A stretch of DNA of 64,000 nucleotides. Source: Spizellomyces punctatus DAOM BR117 (taxonomy: Eukaryota). Positions 1-12,232 of the stretch are shown here, piece by piece. The stretch lies in NCBI GenBank assembly GCA_000182565.2, contig KQ257456.1; one strand, 5' to 3'. The position numbers were made by a program, and so were the translations under genes. Each line of letters opens with the position of its first letter. The stretch's first letter is position 1. The notes beneath the pieces are model-generated. The model had not been told where the DNA came from. It did not search any database and saw only the letters and a program-made list of their open reading frames with translations.

Positions 1-3000
1 CCACTTCGCCCTCATTCTGCCGCCAACAATGACCGCTTCTTGGGTGGTTGAGTGCCGTTTGTCCTGTGCCTCGCGGGAACCGGTAGGATCATCCTCAAAC
101 GTAGCTTCGTGAATGAGCACATCAGCATCACCTCCGACTGTCATAAGATCCAGGTTTGGTCGACAGTCGCCAGAATAAACAATCTTGTAGCCAGATTGAT
201 GAGCCAGTGAAACAGCATACGAGTAGTGGGAATGGTGAACTTGAACAGTTTCGATGGCACTGAGGCCCAAATCTTCCTTCAATCTGCACATACGGAGCGG
301 CCATTAGATCATATTCAATTACATCGTTATCTATTCATAACCCATGCCGAGCTGACTCACCTATCAAGAACGGTACTGGATGTGGAGGCTTTCGGCAAAA
401 GATCATGACAGGGGAGAAATGTGATTTGATCCCCCGCGAGACCGAGAGGTTCACAATCGTCAAATTCGTCCAGCCAGATCCTGTACTGCGGAGGTCCCAC
501 GATACAGATGGTAGGAGCCGGTTTGCCTGCTTTATCAAAGAGCTAGTTCGTGTGCACCGAATCAGCGATCTAAACGGTGATCCCATTGTTTAACTGCAAC
601 GGAAGACTCACTTTCTTTCTCTCTAGTAATACTTTGAAAGCACCCAGATGATGATCGGCATGCATATGCGAGATGAACAGAAACTTGAGATTGGTCAGCA
701 CGTCTTCCAAGGAGGGCCCGTCAGCCCCCTTGAAACGTCTATAAAGCTGTCCATAGGTCCCCTCGCCAGCGTCGAAAAGAATAGAGCCATGGCTCGGTGT
801 GTATACGAGAGTGGAGCTCACTGTAGCCACAAAACTGTATCAATATGGACTCGACAGCTGAGATGCGTAAGCATCAAAGAGAGACGAACCGTTCCTATAC
901 CGCGACGGCAAAGCGGCGCCAGTGCCCAGTGTACACACTAATACATCATCTCCTGGCTTTCTGGTGTTTTCTGCCTCGGCAGCTGAGGCGAGTATTTCCT
1001 CTCGCAGGCGCTTTGCCTCCACTTGATATTCCAGAAGACGCGGCTTGTCGAGGGTGGCCAATACCTTGCCGTTGGGATCCTTATGATCCCACGGAGTTTT
1101 TTGTTCGCTGACATCTACCTTCCTGTGGGGCTCCATTTGGTAGATGAGTAGGTTGTTCGCCGCCATGGTCCGAGGGGGAAGGCCTTCTTTTAGAGTGCGT
1201 AATGATTTCAGCATGTTGAAGTGAGAACAATATCGTTCAAACGATGGCCTACCATGGTTCAAGCTGATTGACTCGTTGTCGTAAAACGGAATGCGGAACA
1301 CATCAGGGTCCAGCAAATTTAAGCGGTGTTGACTGGTTGCACTCCCTCTAAAGATGATGGGCTTCGCGCAATGTTTCCCACTGATGATAATGTGCTACAA
1401 AACGAATATTATCTATCACGTCAGAGATAATTATGCATACTATCCGCTTGACAAACATCCCGTACCTGAGTAGTTTCCCCAAAGTTGTTCATCCAAGATC
1501 TATACGCTGCATTTTCTAAAACATCATCTCCCAACATGTGGACTATCACGGCCACCGGGTTGTTCGTCAGACTTGCGTAGTGAGGGACAAATCGGGGGTT
1601 GTTGACCAAGGTGCCGATATAATCTGCAGAGGGACAGTCGATAATGAAGAATACCTACAGGGTATCATATTAGCTATAAAAGTGAGTCCATCAGGACAGA
1701 ACATATCGTACCGAGCCCGGTCTGTCAGGTCCCATGCACTGATGAGGATCAACCCGTTCCCCTTTGTCATTCAGAAACGAGTCTCCCCGATGCAGAGTTC
1801 CTGTTGAATCACCATCCGATCTGTTAATGCTGTTCCCGATGGTCCGTACTAGGCACGTACATACCGAATTCTTTTGGCGGAACGCCCAAGGCGGTCGCCT
1901 TGTCAGGATCAAATTTGCCTCTGACCGGTGGCCCTTGGCATATGAAGCAAGTAACGGTCTTGCTAGGTATCGCCATTGGCAATCTCACTAATTTCGTGTG
2001 ATCTCTTTTGCCGAGTGCAATGTTGGGTACTTCCAGATTGTGACTCTGACCACTTTGACGATCGAAGCGACTGCTATCTTTGCGTTCATGGAATGCATCG
2101 CCCTTGCCGACCTTGATAGACAAGGATTCACCGCTATTGAACATTTGTCGTATGATTTCGCGCTTGTATGCCATTGATTCATCTTGAACTGAGGTTGAAT
2201 CAGGGTCCTCGTCATCCGCCTTGCGTTTCTGGCCAGCATGGACAGTGGCAGCTGACCTATTACTGCTGGGGGTCTGCTGTCCGTTGCGTGAAGAAGACGG
2301 CCTGTTGAAACTTGCTCGCGGCGCGTTTTTCGGTATGGAAATTGCAACTGGTAGCATCTTCCCGTTTCCGCTGTCAATCGCTACTTTTTTGACAGCCGTA
2401 GTCGTTGTGTCATTACTAGCTAGAGACGGGTCAATTGGATGTATAGGAACTGGCAGCACTGAGAGATTCTCGTCTTGAAAAGGTCGAGCGTTATCCTTGA
2501 ATTCGTGAGTTTGCACCATTGACGACATCCTAGAACGTAACACAAAGTGTTCATAATGTATATAGACTGTAATTGCATCCCAGTGCACATGGTTCGGCCA
2601 CATACTTGAAAACAAAATGTCTCGTCGATGCCATAAAGTGCGTCAGGTTTTTGCCTCCATGCACGGTGATGTGCCGATTTCCAGCATCCGCAAGACTAAG
2701 TAGCATTCCTGATAAGAATTAAAACATCAAACAGTGAGACGAATGGCAAGAATAGATTACACATCATATATGCCCTGGCAGTTGTTAGAGGCATGGCACC
2801 AATATAAGAGTTGGATGTTGCAGTTGTGTACGAGCAAGCACTCGCAGACAGCGCCAATGGCCAATAAAAGATCATTACAGAGGCCTGCAATCGAAGCAGA
2901 CAACTGCGAAGACGTTGCTTTCACCATGCACGTTCACCAGCCTTGATATGTGCCGAGAGAACTGCTTGGCTCACTAAGCTATGAAGAACGCGAGTCCCAC

Positions 3001-3313
3001 AAGAGGACAGTTGCAGTTCTGAGGTAATGTTCGGCCTCGAATGTGCCGAGAATGCACAGAGACAAGGCCACGCCTCTATCCATGCTCGAGAACGTTTGGA
3101 AGATGCATTACCTGGAATGCCACCGCATGTGTCCCAGTTGATTCTTGTCAGAAAGACATTGGTCAGCTTCCCGAGTCGAACCTTATTCTCAATACAGAAG
3201 CGCTGAGTGCCTTCGCCAGCGTTGAAGAGATATCGTTGGCTGTCAAAGAACACTAGGACCGACGGCGTCGTGTCGCCCGTCTGCGTCCCGAGGATCTGAA
3301 TGTAGGACTTCAT
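1..3313 (-). CDS. TRZ1: tRNase Z, long form (ELAC2/Trz1); multi-exon, 3' end runs off the window
   Basis: N-terminus MKSYIQILGTQTGDTTPSVLVFFDSQRYLFNAGEGTQR; exosite GPPVRGKFD; C-domain TLGTGAALPSRYRN, LFDAGEGTYGQL, metal motif SHMHADHH, YSGDCRP, LIHEAT. Intron 1 is 2709-3111. Confidence 0.95.
2786..3078 (-). ncRNA. Candidate structured intronic RNA element in TRZ1 intron 1 (family unassigned)
   Basis: 12-bp closing helix (3067-3078 with 2786-2797, one G-U on the minus strand), two internal 8-bp helices, twin hairpins sharing an 11-nt repeat. Hand-folded only. Confidence 0.5.
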
Positions 3314-3569
3314 GGCCTTATCCCGCAGAGAAGCAAAGTAGGGCGAAACCTAGAGTGCACCCAACGATTCTGAGCAAATCGATGATCTTTTGCCCGTGTT
3401 TATCGACCCTTAAAACTAAAACCTTACAAGGATCTCGCTGCTTTTTGAACTTCCAAGCCCAAATCACGTGTTATGGTGACTCACACAGCAGGGCGACTCG
3501 CGCAAAGGCCGCCGTTCAACTCAACGACTCTTTGCGTGTTGGCAGATTTCGTTTGCTGTTTGAAGCAGC

Positions 3570-5110
3570 ATGATGGTAAGACGTTTGTCACTCTAGCGCA
3601 CACGCGATATACGATCGGACTTTTCTGACGCATCATTGGTTTGTTTAGAACTTTAATCCGCGCTCAATTCCGCCAGCGACGCGGTATTTGCTCCTGGCCT
3701 CTGTCTTTCTGTTCCTGGTCGGCCTTCTGCTCCCTCCAGAGTACCTGGCACTGATACCCGGCTCGTCTGTCTTTTGGGTTTGGACGTTTTTGACAGCTGG
3801 TTTTTGGGAGGGGAACATTATTGCTGTAAGGATTGGACAGATTTATGCCCAAGGATTTTATTTCCAGTAGGAACTCCACTAATGTGAGCGTGTCGCCTGT
3901 CCACTATAGTTATTGATAAACGGCGCCGGCCTTTTGCTTGGCGGAAAATATTTTGAGCATGCCTGGGGATCGAGGTGTGCACCGACAGCGCTGCTTTGAT
4001 GATTATCGAATAGGTCGCTAAGTGATATATGCCCATTATAGGGAGTTTCTTAAGTATGTGCTCATTGTCAACACTGGGGCATACGCGGGGGTATTCTTTG
4101 CAACGGTCGTAGAGTACGCTGTGACCATGAATTCAAGTTGGCTGTGAGTGCTACTGGAGTTGGTGGGATCTCAGCCTTTCACCAGTTTGATGATTGGGTA
4201 TCACACTCTAGGTTTGAGTCGCAAGCGAGCGGACTCGCCGCTTTACTGGCTGGCTTTATTGTATCTTTCAAGCAGGTAATTACCAGAGCGAGCGTTGTCA
4301 TGGTGGACGGCCATGGCCTCATGAAAATCTGCTCTACATTGGTAGGCAGTGCCGGAGCATTCCATCAAACTGTTTAATGCCATATCCATCCGGGCCAAGG
4401 TAGCGAGTTTTATGATTTCCCAGCATTGCGTCCTCTTCCGCGGTTCACGCTTTTCGTTTGATATTCTGCTAGTACCTTCCGTCGATCTACGTACTTGTCA
4501 ACTTTGTCCTCTTCGTTGTCCGTATCATTCACGTCCACTTTTTCGTGGTGCTCTTTGGGACTCTCGTGTCTTGGACATACTCCCGATTCTATAAAAGACA
4601 CGAAGGAATGAGAGGAGATCGCAGTGAGACGTTTTCATTTGCCAGCTTTTGGCCGGATTTCATGCAGTAAGTAAGAGGGGAAGGTTTCAGTGGTAAGGAT
4701 TAATGGATACTTATGTTCCTTAACCACATTCCCTTGCCTCTAGGCCTTTTATCAAGCCTCTTTCAAATACCATATTCAAGCTCTTTGTATCATTGAAATT
4801 GTGTTCACCAATTGGGCCTCAACTACCCACAACAGTGTTTGATGGAGAAGGTGGGTCGAAGGTAGCACCCTTGCCAGGAACGGAAGCGGCTGATGCAGAG
4901 CGCAGGAGGTAAGTTTCATTACTTCAGTATAATGTGTCCCTCACTCATCCGTCGTTCATGCTCTCATCAAGAGCGCTTGCATTGCGAGCGTTGGATATGC
5001 GACTGGCTGAAACAGTCACTTCGCCCACTGCAGGGGCGTCCGGTGGAACAAACACACCAAATCGAGCAGTAAGCCCAAGTCCCGCCCCGGCGAGCCCTTC
5101 AAACCCGTAG
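3570..5110 (+). CDS. TMEM115: TMEM115/DUF1751 rhomboid-like Golgi membrane protein; multi-exon
   Basis: Spliced reading MM|NFNPRSIPPATRYLL...VWTFLTAGFWE...GGKYFEHAWGSREFLKY...RGDRSETFSFASFWP...AERRRALALRALDMRL matches the family pattern; TAG at 5108-5110. Confidence 0.85.
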
Positions 5111-5206
5111 TGAAAAACCCGGCGTTGATGTATAAAGTGTTCGTAGAAATTATTATATTACTGTACAAACATCGCAAGGACACCTGATGTATCTGGTGAA
5201 ATAGAA

Positions 5207-6012
5207 CTACGCATTTGCTTGCAATTGTTGTTGATAAGCTTGCTGCAACTGCATCACCTATGGAATTCCCATCAGAAACATTAAAATCAGGCCAGTCTAT
5301 ATGTTAGATGAAGGAATGCAGGCATACCTCAGCCCTCTTTGCATCTTGCTTTTGTTCTAGATCCTTGATCTGCGTCTCTAGGCGTTTTCTGTAGACCCAA
5401 GTTACTTATATGCATCTCCTGCTTCATAATAATCCGATTAGATCATACATTTCACTGGTGATGAATTCGATTCGTTTCTTGACATTCGACGTTGCTTCGA
5501 CTTTCTCTTGCTTAACTAACACTGGCCCAATGAGCTTGTACACCGTTGCGTCGTCCTTCATCAGGTCAAATTCCTACATTAGGGTGGAAAATTGTTAGCC
5601 TCCAGTCTCGCGTAGGGTGAAGCTGACCATGCATCCCAAAGGCGTATGCATAGTAGATATACAAAGTGCGAGTATGACTCTGTGGCTCTTAACAGCCGGG
5701 TTCAGGTTGCCTTCCGGTGGCCAACAACGCACTTTTCTCTCCGTTATCTTCACCAAATGTCCTATTTTTAGAATCCACGTACCTTAGCCACCATTTCGTT
5801 CTCCTTTAGCTGCGATTCCAATTGTGTTCGTGATTGGACTATCTTTGCGAAATCTACGGTACACGGTGCCGTTAATAGATCTGCGTCCGGGATCTCCGTG
5901 TCCTTCAAAAGACGTGACCCCGAAAACAGATGGGTTCTCCCAGAGAAGCTGTACCTTTCTGAAGATTTTGAAAGGCTGCCATCTCCTTTTCCAGCTGTGC
6001 TGCGGCCATCAT
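5207..6012 (-). CDS. PFDN6: Prefoldin subunit 6 (Yke2/Gim1)
   Basis: Spliced reading MMAAAQLEKEMAAFQNLQKD...RTQLESQLKENEMVAK|EFDLMKDDATVYKLIGPVLVKQEKVEATSNVKKRIEFI. Confidence 0.92.
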
Positions 6013-6187
6013 GATCTAGTAGACAATTGTGTAATCGTAAAGCCCTGGAGCAAGATGTCGAACGAGCTCCTCCATGCACACCACACGTGATGGGCTCATT
6101 TAACCATATTTGGTCGTTGACTCATTCAACAAGCATTCAACCTTTCCCAAGTCTCGGCCTGCGATCGGAATTTAAACGATCGCCACG

Positions 6188-9100
6188 ATGCTGGTGCTTT
6201 CAGTGCCATGGATATCGCATACGAACGATAAGAGGCACAAGACGCCGATATATTCTTTGGCGGTTCACCCGCAGGGGCAAAAACTGGCAACCGGAGGACA
6301 AGGTAATAGTGTCGCAAATTGACGTACTGTGTTGAACCCTACTAATTTAATGCAATTACAAACTCAAGATTCAAAAGTCAAACTCTGGAATCTGGCGGCG
6401 GTTTACGATGAGACGCTCGAGAATGACCGTGATACCCCAAAGCTATTGGCCACATTATCTGCGCATAGCGGTAAGCGTAGAGTGATATTTTGTGCGGTTT
6501 TTGGTGTCAAGCTCACCTTTCTCGAATTGAAGGCACCATCCTCTGTGTCCGTTGGGCCAATGAGCATGGGCAATACCTAGCTTCAGGAGCAGATGATTGC
6601 AAGATCGTAATATGGGTTCAAGACAAGTGCGTGATTCTGATCCGATTAACTAAAAGAGCTACCTAGCTAAACTGCTGTAACCCAGAACCTCGATTTTTCG
6701 AAACAGCACCTTTGGGGAGCCTGACTCGACGCGGGCAGTTGAGTCATGGCGAGCAGTGAAGGTTCTAGTTGGTCATGAGTCAGGTATGAGATTGTTGGTT
6801 GGCAAGATCTCATCCTTGTAAATGTTGAGCTGATAGCGCCATACACTACAGATGTTGCGGATCTGGCATGGTCCCCTGATAACAAGTATCTTGCGTCATG
6901 TGGTTTTGAGACTACGGTGTATATATGGGACGGACAAAGCTTTGGTATGACTTATTGGTTTGACGTTCATCAGTGGCGGAGGTATTCATTGGTGCCGTGG
7001 TCTATTAGAGAAAATAATGAAGCTACAAGCACATACAGCGTTTGTTAAAGGGATAACTTGGGACCCAGTCGGTAAATATCTTGCCACCCAGGTATGACGT
7101 GCTTCGAGCAAAACCATTTCGGTGCCTTGTTCTGACTCGTATGGTAAAAGGGTGACGACAAAACAACCAAAATATGGCGAGTTGCTGATTGGGCGGTGGA
7201 AAAGGAGATATCAGAGCCATATAAAGCGGCAGCATCTACGACCTTCTTCCGACGATTGAGGTACGCAACTTGACTGCGCTGGTCGTTATAGCAACATAGT
7301 TCGAAGCTCATATCATTACAGTTGGTCACCTGAAGGGAACTGTATAGTAACAGCCAACGGGGAGAATGGAAATATACCCGTAGCCCCGATAATTCAGCGT
7401 GACGGTTGGAGTACTGACGTTAATCTCGTTGGACATGTGGCCCCGATAGAATGCGCGGTAAGCAGTGTAGCTATATGGCGGGGAAACGCATAATATCCAG
7501 TACCAATATCCCAACAGCAATTCAACCCAGTATTATTCGAAATTCCGCCGTCCATGAGGACAGAGGGCCAGACTGATGCTTCAAATGCCTCTGCTGTTTG
7601 CGCTATCGGGAGCCAAGATAGCACCATTTCATTTTGGTGGACGGCTACAGCACGAGCTATTGCGGTCGGTAAATCTCTCTTCAAACACAGTGTCTTGGAT
7701 ATGTCATGGTGAGACGCAACCGCATATGCCAAGGGGGTTACGTGTATTGACGGGCCTATGGCTTCCCATCTCAGGACACCGGATGGCCAATGTCTTTTTG
7801 CTTGCTCTTACGATGGTACAGTTGGAGTTATCTCGTTTGAGGCCGATGCATTCGGTACACCACTCGCAGCTGCTGAAAAGGTACGGAAAACCGCTGTGGT
7901 TTGAATAGACATTAGTGCATCATTGAACCGCGAGTGTAGGAGCGTGTGTTGAACACTCTTGGAGTCAAGCGCAAAGTTGTCCTGGAAAGTACAGAGCAGC
8001 TTGCTTTGGAAGAGCAAAATCGCATTGAGAACAAGAAGATTCAGTCCACACGGATTGCAAATCTGATGGAACCGACTACTGCTAGTTCTGGGAACGTGTC
8101 ATCAGGCCTCAGTTCATCCCCCAAGCTAATGACTCCCGTAAAACCTCCTTCAACACCAACCCCCATGAATCAAAAGGTGACAAAAACCCCGGATGGAAGG
8201 AAGCGTATTCAGCCCACCTTCCTCAGCAGGTAATTTGGGCATCGCCCCGTTTCACTCGCATCTGAGAGCTGATGGTCTCCGTATGTTCCAAAATATAGTG
8301 GACTTGAGCCACAAGTTTCCTCGATTTCACAAGCTGTGTCAACTGTAAGCGATTGTATGTATCTTGTTTTTGAAACTTCCATCTGACATCATGCAGAGCT
8401 CGATGGACATAGACACTGATGGGCCAAGTGACGGCGTGTTCATCTCTGGCGGCGATGGATCGGGTGGCATACCGACCACTATTGGAAAGAGACGCAAAAT
8501 CTCAGACTCTTCTACAAACGGGAATGGAACGTTGCATAGTGACTCAGATGCGGTAAGTGCGTATTCTCGAATTATCTCGTTCGTAAAGTTACTAATGTAA
8601 GTTTTCAGACTCGAGGACCACCTGTGGAGTATGTCTTACCGACAATCATTGAAGCCCGCCGTCCTGTGAACTTGGCTGTGCCGAAAGTACAGGGCAAACT
8701 AGTGACACAAGTGCCGTTTGGAAAGGAGGGCGACTCGCTGGCTCTGGAATGTGACAATAGCAGGAAGAGTGAGTTCACCCTTATATTATTGGCGTGAACC
8801 AGTCTTTGACCCCAGTTGAGTTATAGCCGTGAAAATCGTTTGTACACGCGGGACAGAGCAGCTATGGGCGGATACTCTTCCCAAGCAAGTTCTTCTTTTG
8901 GGGGGAAGTCAAAGCTTCATAGCCGCTGCCTGCATTGATGGGAGTTTATACGCTTACTCTCCAGCGGGACGAAGGTATTGACACACACAAATTCAAATTT
9001 GACACGCAAATGTACTGACCACGATGATGTAGACTGTTTCCTTGCATTGCTCTCGAAGCCGCACCATCCTTCATGTCGTGTCATGGCCAATACCTCATGT

Positions 9101-10088
9101 GTCTCTCCGCCATTGGAACAGTCAGTGTGTGGTCCGTACGACGACGCCGTTAGTTACCTGTCATGATGTACTAACTTGGATCGTATCAAAGGAATATCGT
9201 GCGACAGACAATTGCTATTCAATCCACGAGCATTGTCCACCTAATTCGCTCCGATTCCCACGGTGCGTCGTCCGAGGAAGAATCGGTTGACATCACAATC
9301 AGAAATGCCTTCCTTAGACCCGAAGGGATACCCGTGCTCACAACATCAGCATCCTGTACGTATACCTACCATCCTGGCATGAAAGTATGGATGAAAATTG
9401 AAGACGCGGAGGAGCCTCTTGTACCGAATGCAATGAGCGGAGGCCGAAATTCTTCACGTGAACCATTTCGCATCAAAACATTATCTCAAATGGAGGTAGG
9501 GTCATTTGTTTACGCCAGTTGATTCAGCTCCTTTACATCGACCTGGTTTTATACGTCATAGAACCAAATGGCAAGTCACTTGACCTTACGTTCTTCAAAC
9601 GACTATCGAAACTGGCTGAAGCGGTATGCCCGAAATCTCGCGGATGAGGGTGCGAGCTCCAAAGTGAAAGAGCTGTGTGACGATTTGTTAGGACCTTCGA
9701 CAAGGTAAGGCACAAGAGCGACGGGAGGTTCTATGCGATGGTTGGATTGTTTAAATCTTTTGTAACCAGGCCAACAGTAATAAGCAGTCCTTCTGGCCCT
9801 GCGGATGAATGGGACCCGATGATACTGGTGAGTTTGGTATCTGGCGTTTGACTGTTGGTCTTGGATTCGTTTTCATGGTTTTCTACAGGGAATGCCGAAA
9901 CGAAGTTTGCTAGCAGAAATAATACCAATTCTGGGTACGTAGCTAGAGTGTCCTGGGTTCCCTTCGAGTTCTTATTCGCTTGCCTCCATCTAGGACAAAA
10001 CCGGAGTCTGCAACGAACAGTACTACAGTACAAAGAGACTCTTGACGAGCTTTACCAGAAGGAGCATCTAAATCAGGTCAGGATATGA
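6188..10088 (+). CDS. HIR1: Histone chaperone HIRA/Hir1; many exons
   Basis: N-terminal WD40 (PWISH...IYSLAVHPQGQKLATGGQD; HTAFVKGITWDPVGKYLATQ; TTFFRRLSWSPEG), B-domain TKTPDGRKRIQPTFL, C-terminal KVKELCDDLLGP. Confidence 0.92.
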
Positions 10089-10241
10089 CCCCGCAACGAG
10101 TGAAATCTTTTTCTTGTATAATATATGTACAACCAGTTTTTCGGACAAAGAGCTCTTGATGACGTCGCTCTAGTTCACTCTCCTATCCACAAGGCCCCAA
10201 TACAATCTTCATTGCTGTCTAATGCTGCTGTCGTTCACCCT

Positions 10242-10876
10242 TCATTTCTGGGTGGTAATTGCAAATTATTAAACATTCGACAAAAATATGTCGCAGGTTT
10301 GTCTCACCTTGCCAGATTTCTAGGAAAGAAGGGCAGATTCAATGAACACACATTATTAGTCATTCTGAAGGTTATCCACTTGTAGGCCATATAGATCTCA
10401 TGAGCTCACCTTGATACCGCCGCCAACTGTAATTTCCAGGAAAACGAATGTTAGCCATGAAACGAACAACAATAGCCCTCCAAGTGGTCTAGGTCACAGT
10501 GAGATGCATACCTAGGGGACCCTTCTTTGATGCCTGATCCTTGAGTGACTTGAGCTTTGCTTGTTCCTCCTTTTGCTTTTGCTTGAAAGCCAAGTCCGAC
10601 TACGAAAAAAATAAGCACCATTAGGGCAATCTTTAATACTGAACGCAATACACGGATGGGCAAACCTCGTCAAGATCGTCCTGCTTCTTTTTTGGTGCCT
10701 TCAACGGCTTTTTGAAACAAGCATGTTAACGCTTGCATGAAAAAACCTAAAACCAACTTGCAGAGGGTAATACCTTCAATTTTCCTCCTGAAAAGACATA
10801 ATGTTATCACAACGTCGCAACAAGAGCATTGGCTGAACCAACAAACTTTGAAAGACGTACCTTGGCGGCTGGACAT
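10242..10876 (-). CDS. TMA7: Translation machinery-associated protein 7 (64 aa, 7 exons)
   Basis: GT-AG splicing gives [64 protein letters not shown]. Only fragments appear in the ORF track. Confidence 0.92.
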
Positions 10877-11065
10877 GTTTCTTGATAATAAAAGATCAAA
10901 CGAATTGGGTTATGTTCAATTTGAAGCCCCGCTCGTCGTCCTTTGAGAAGCCCTCTGAGTGACTAACGCGTTACTTGGCAACAAGGACGAAATTTCCGGG
11001 GGGTCTTGCAGATTGGCTTTGATCGTCCTTTTCGGCCAGCATTTTGTTGAACTTGTCGAACGAGC

Positions 11066-12124
11066 ATGGCATTCATTATTAGACGGCGTTTACTGGCGTG
11101 CGGTGCGCCATTACTCCGCGTCAAGAGTCCTCGTACATTCCCCATTTCCCACGCTTATCCCGCAACTATCCCAAAAACGCCTGCTCCACAATCCGGGTTC
11201 GCGACGTTGGTTCAAAGACCAAAAGAATACTTTCATTTGACCAATGTGAAAGATAACAATGGAGCACGACGAAAGGTACGACCCATTCTGATGCACGGGC
11301 TGTCCAGTATATGCAAATTCTAATTCCAGCTTGTTTCAGCGCAAGATTCTCGGTCGTGGTGAAGGTGGAAAGGGAAAAACCTCAGGACGAGGTATGAAGG
11401 GATACCATGCACGGCAACACAAAGCAACGCCTCTCCCTGGTTTTGAGGGTGGTCAGACGGGGCTGATTAAGGCAATTCCAAAGTTGGGTAAACGAGGAGT
11501 CCCAAAGCTGCGGTTCACTCGGTTGTACCTCGATACGTTGCAACATTTCGTTGAAACTGGAAAATTGGATGCTTCGAAGAAGATTACAATAAAGGAGTTG
11601 GCCGAGTCAAAGTGTGTCGGGAAGATAAAGGATGGAGTGGTCTTGTTGGCCAAGGTGCGTGCCGGGCTGGAAGATCTTACTGTGTTCAGTAACCAACGTA
11701 TAACCTAATTGGTGGGCGGATTTTGATAGGGCGGGGAGTTTTTTAATTCAAAAGTGGACATTGAAGTCACGCGAGCATCGCAGGTCGCGATGAAGTTGAT
11801 TGAAGAAAAGGGAGGCAATATCAAGTGTGTTTATCATGGGAAGGAAGTTCTGCGAGCGCTTCTCAGACCGGACAGATGGGCGATCATGCCGAAAAACCCC
11901 CTGCCTACGACAAAAGAAAATATTGGTATGCGTCATATTCAATATAGTCTTCGCATACGCGCCGTCACTCACATGCCGCACTATCGATTCAATGAATAGC
12001 ACGCTACACCGATGAATCCCGAAGAGGTTACCTGGCACCGCTTGTAGAGGGAGTGGACAAGAGCGAGATTGTAAAAAAGTTGCTAGAGAGGAGCCGCCCT
12101 CAGGCGACAACCGAATCAGCCTAA
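11066..12124 (+). CDS. MRPL15: Mitochondrial ribosomal protein uL15m
   Basis: Arg-rich presequence; LGRGEGGKGKTSGRGMKG, GFEGGQT, DIEVTRASQVA; last exon ...SRRGYLAP...ESA* with TAA at 12122-12124. Confidence 0.9.
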
Positions 12125-12232
12125 TCTGCATAGAGTCCTATATTGTACAAAACGATCATTTACGGGAATCAGGAATGCTGTATTTAATGCCAAGTCATTT
12201 ATTTACATTGTTATTAGATTGACATTGTTTCA

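Noticed and set aside
2786-3078. TRZ1 intron element as RNase P/MRP RNA or a hAT-type MITE
   Set aside because: No P4-forming CR-I/CR-V motifs on either strand, and no 8-bp target duplication. A TA-type MITE is not fully excluded.
5672-5705. Plus-strand ATGA...AA hairpin as a SECIS element
   Set aside because: No opposing GA quartet, antisense to the PFDN6 intron, and no in-frame TGA seen in neighbouring genes.
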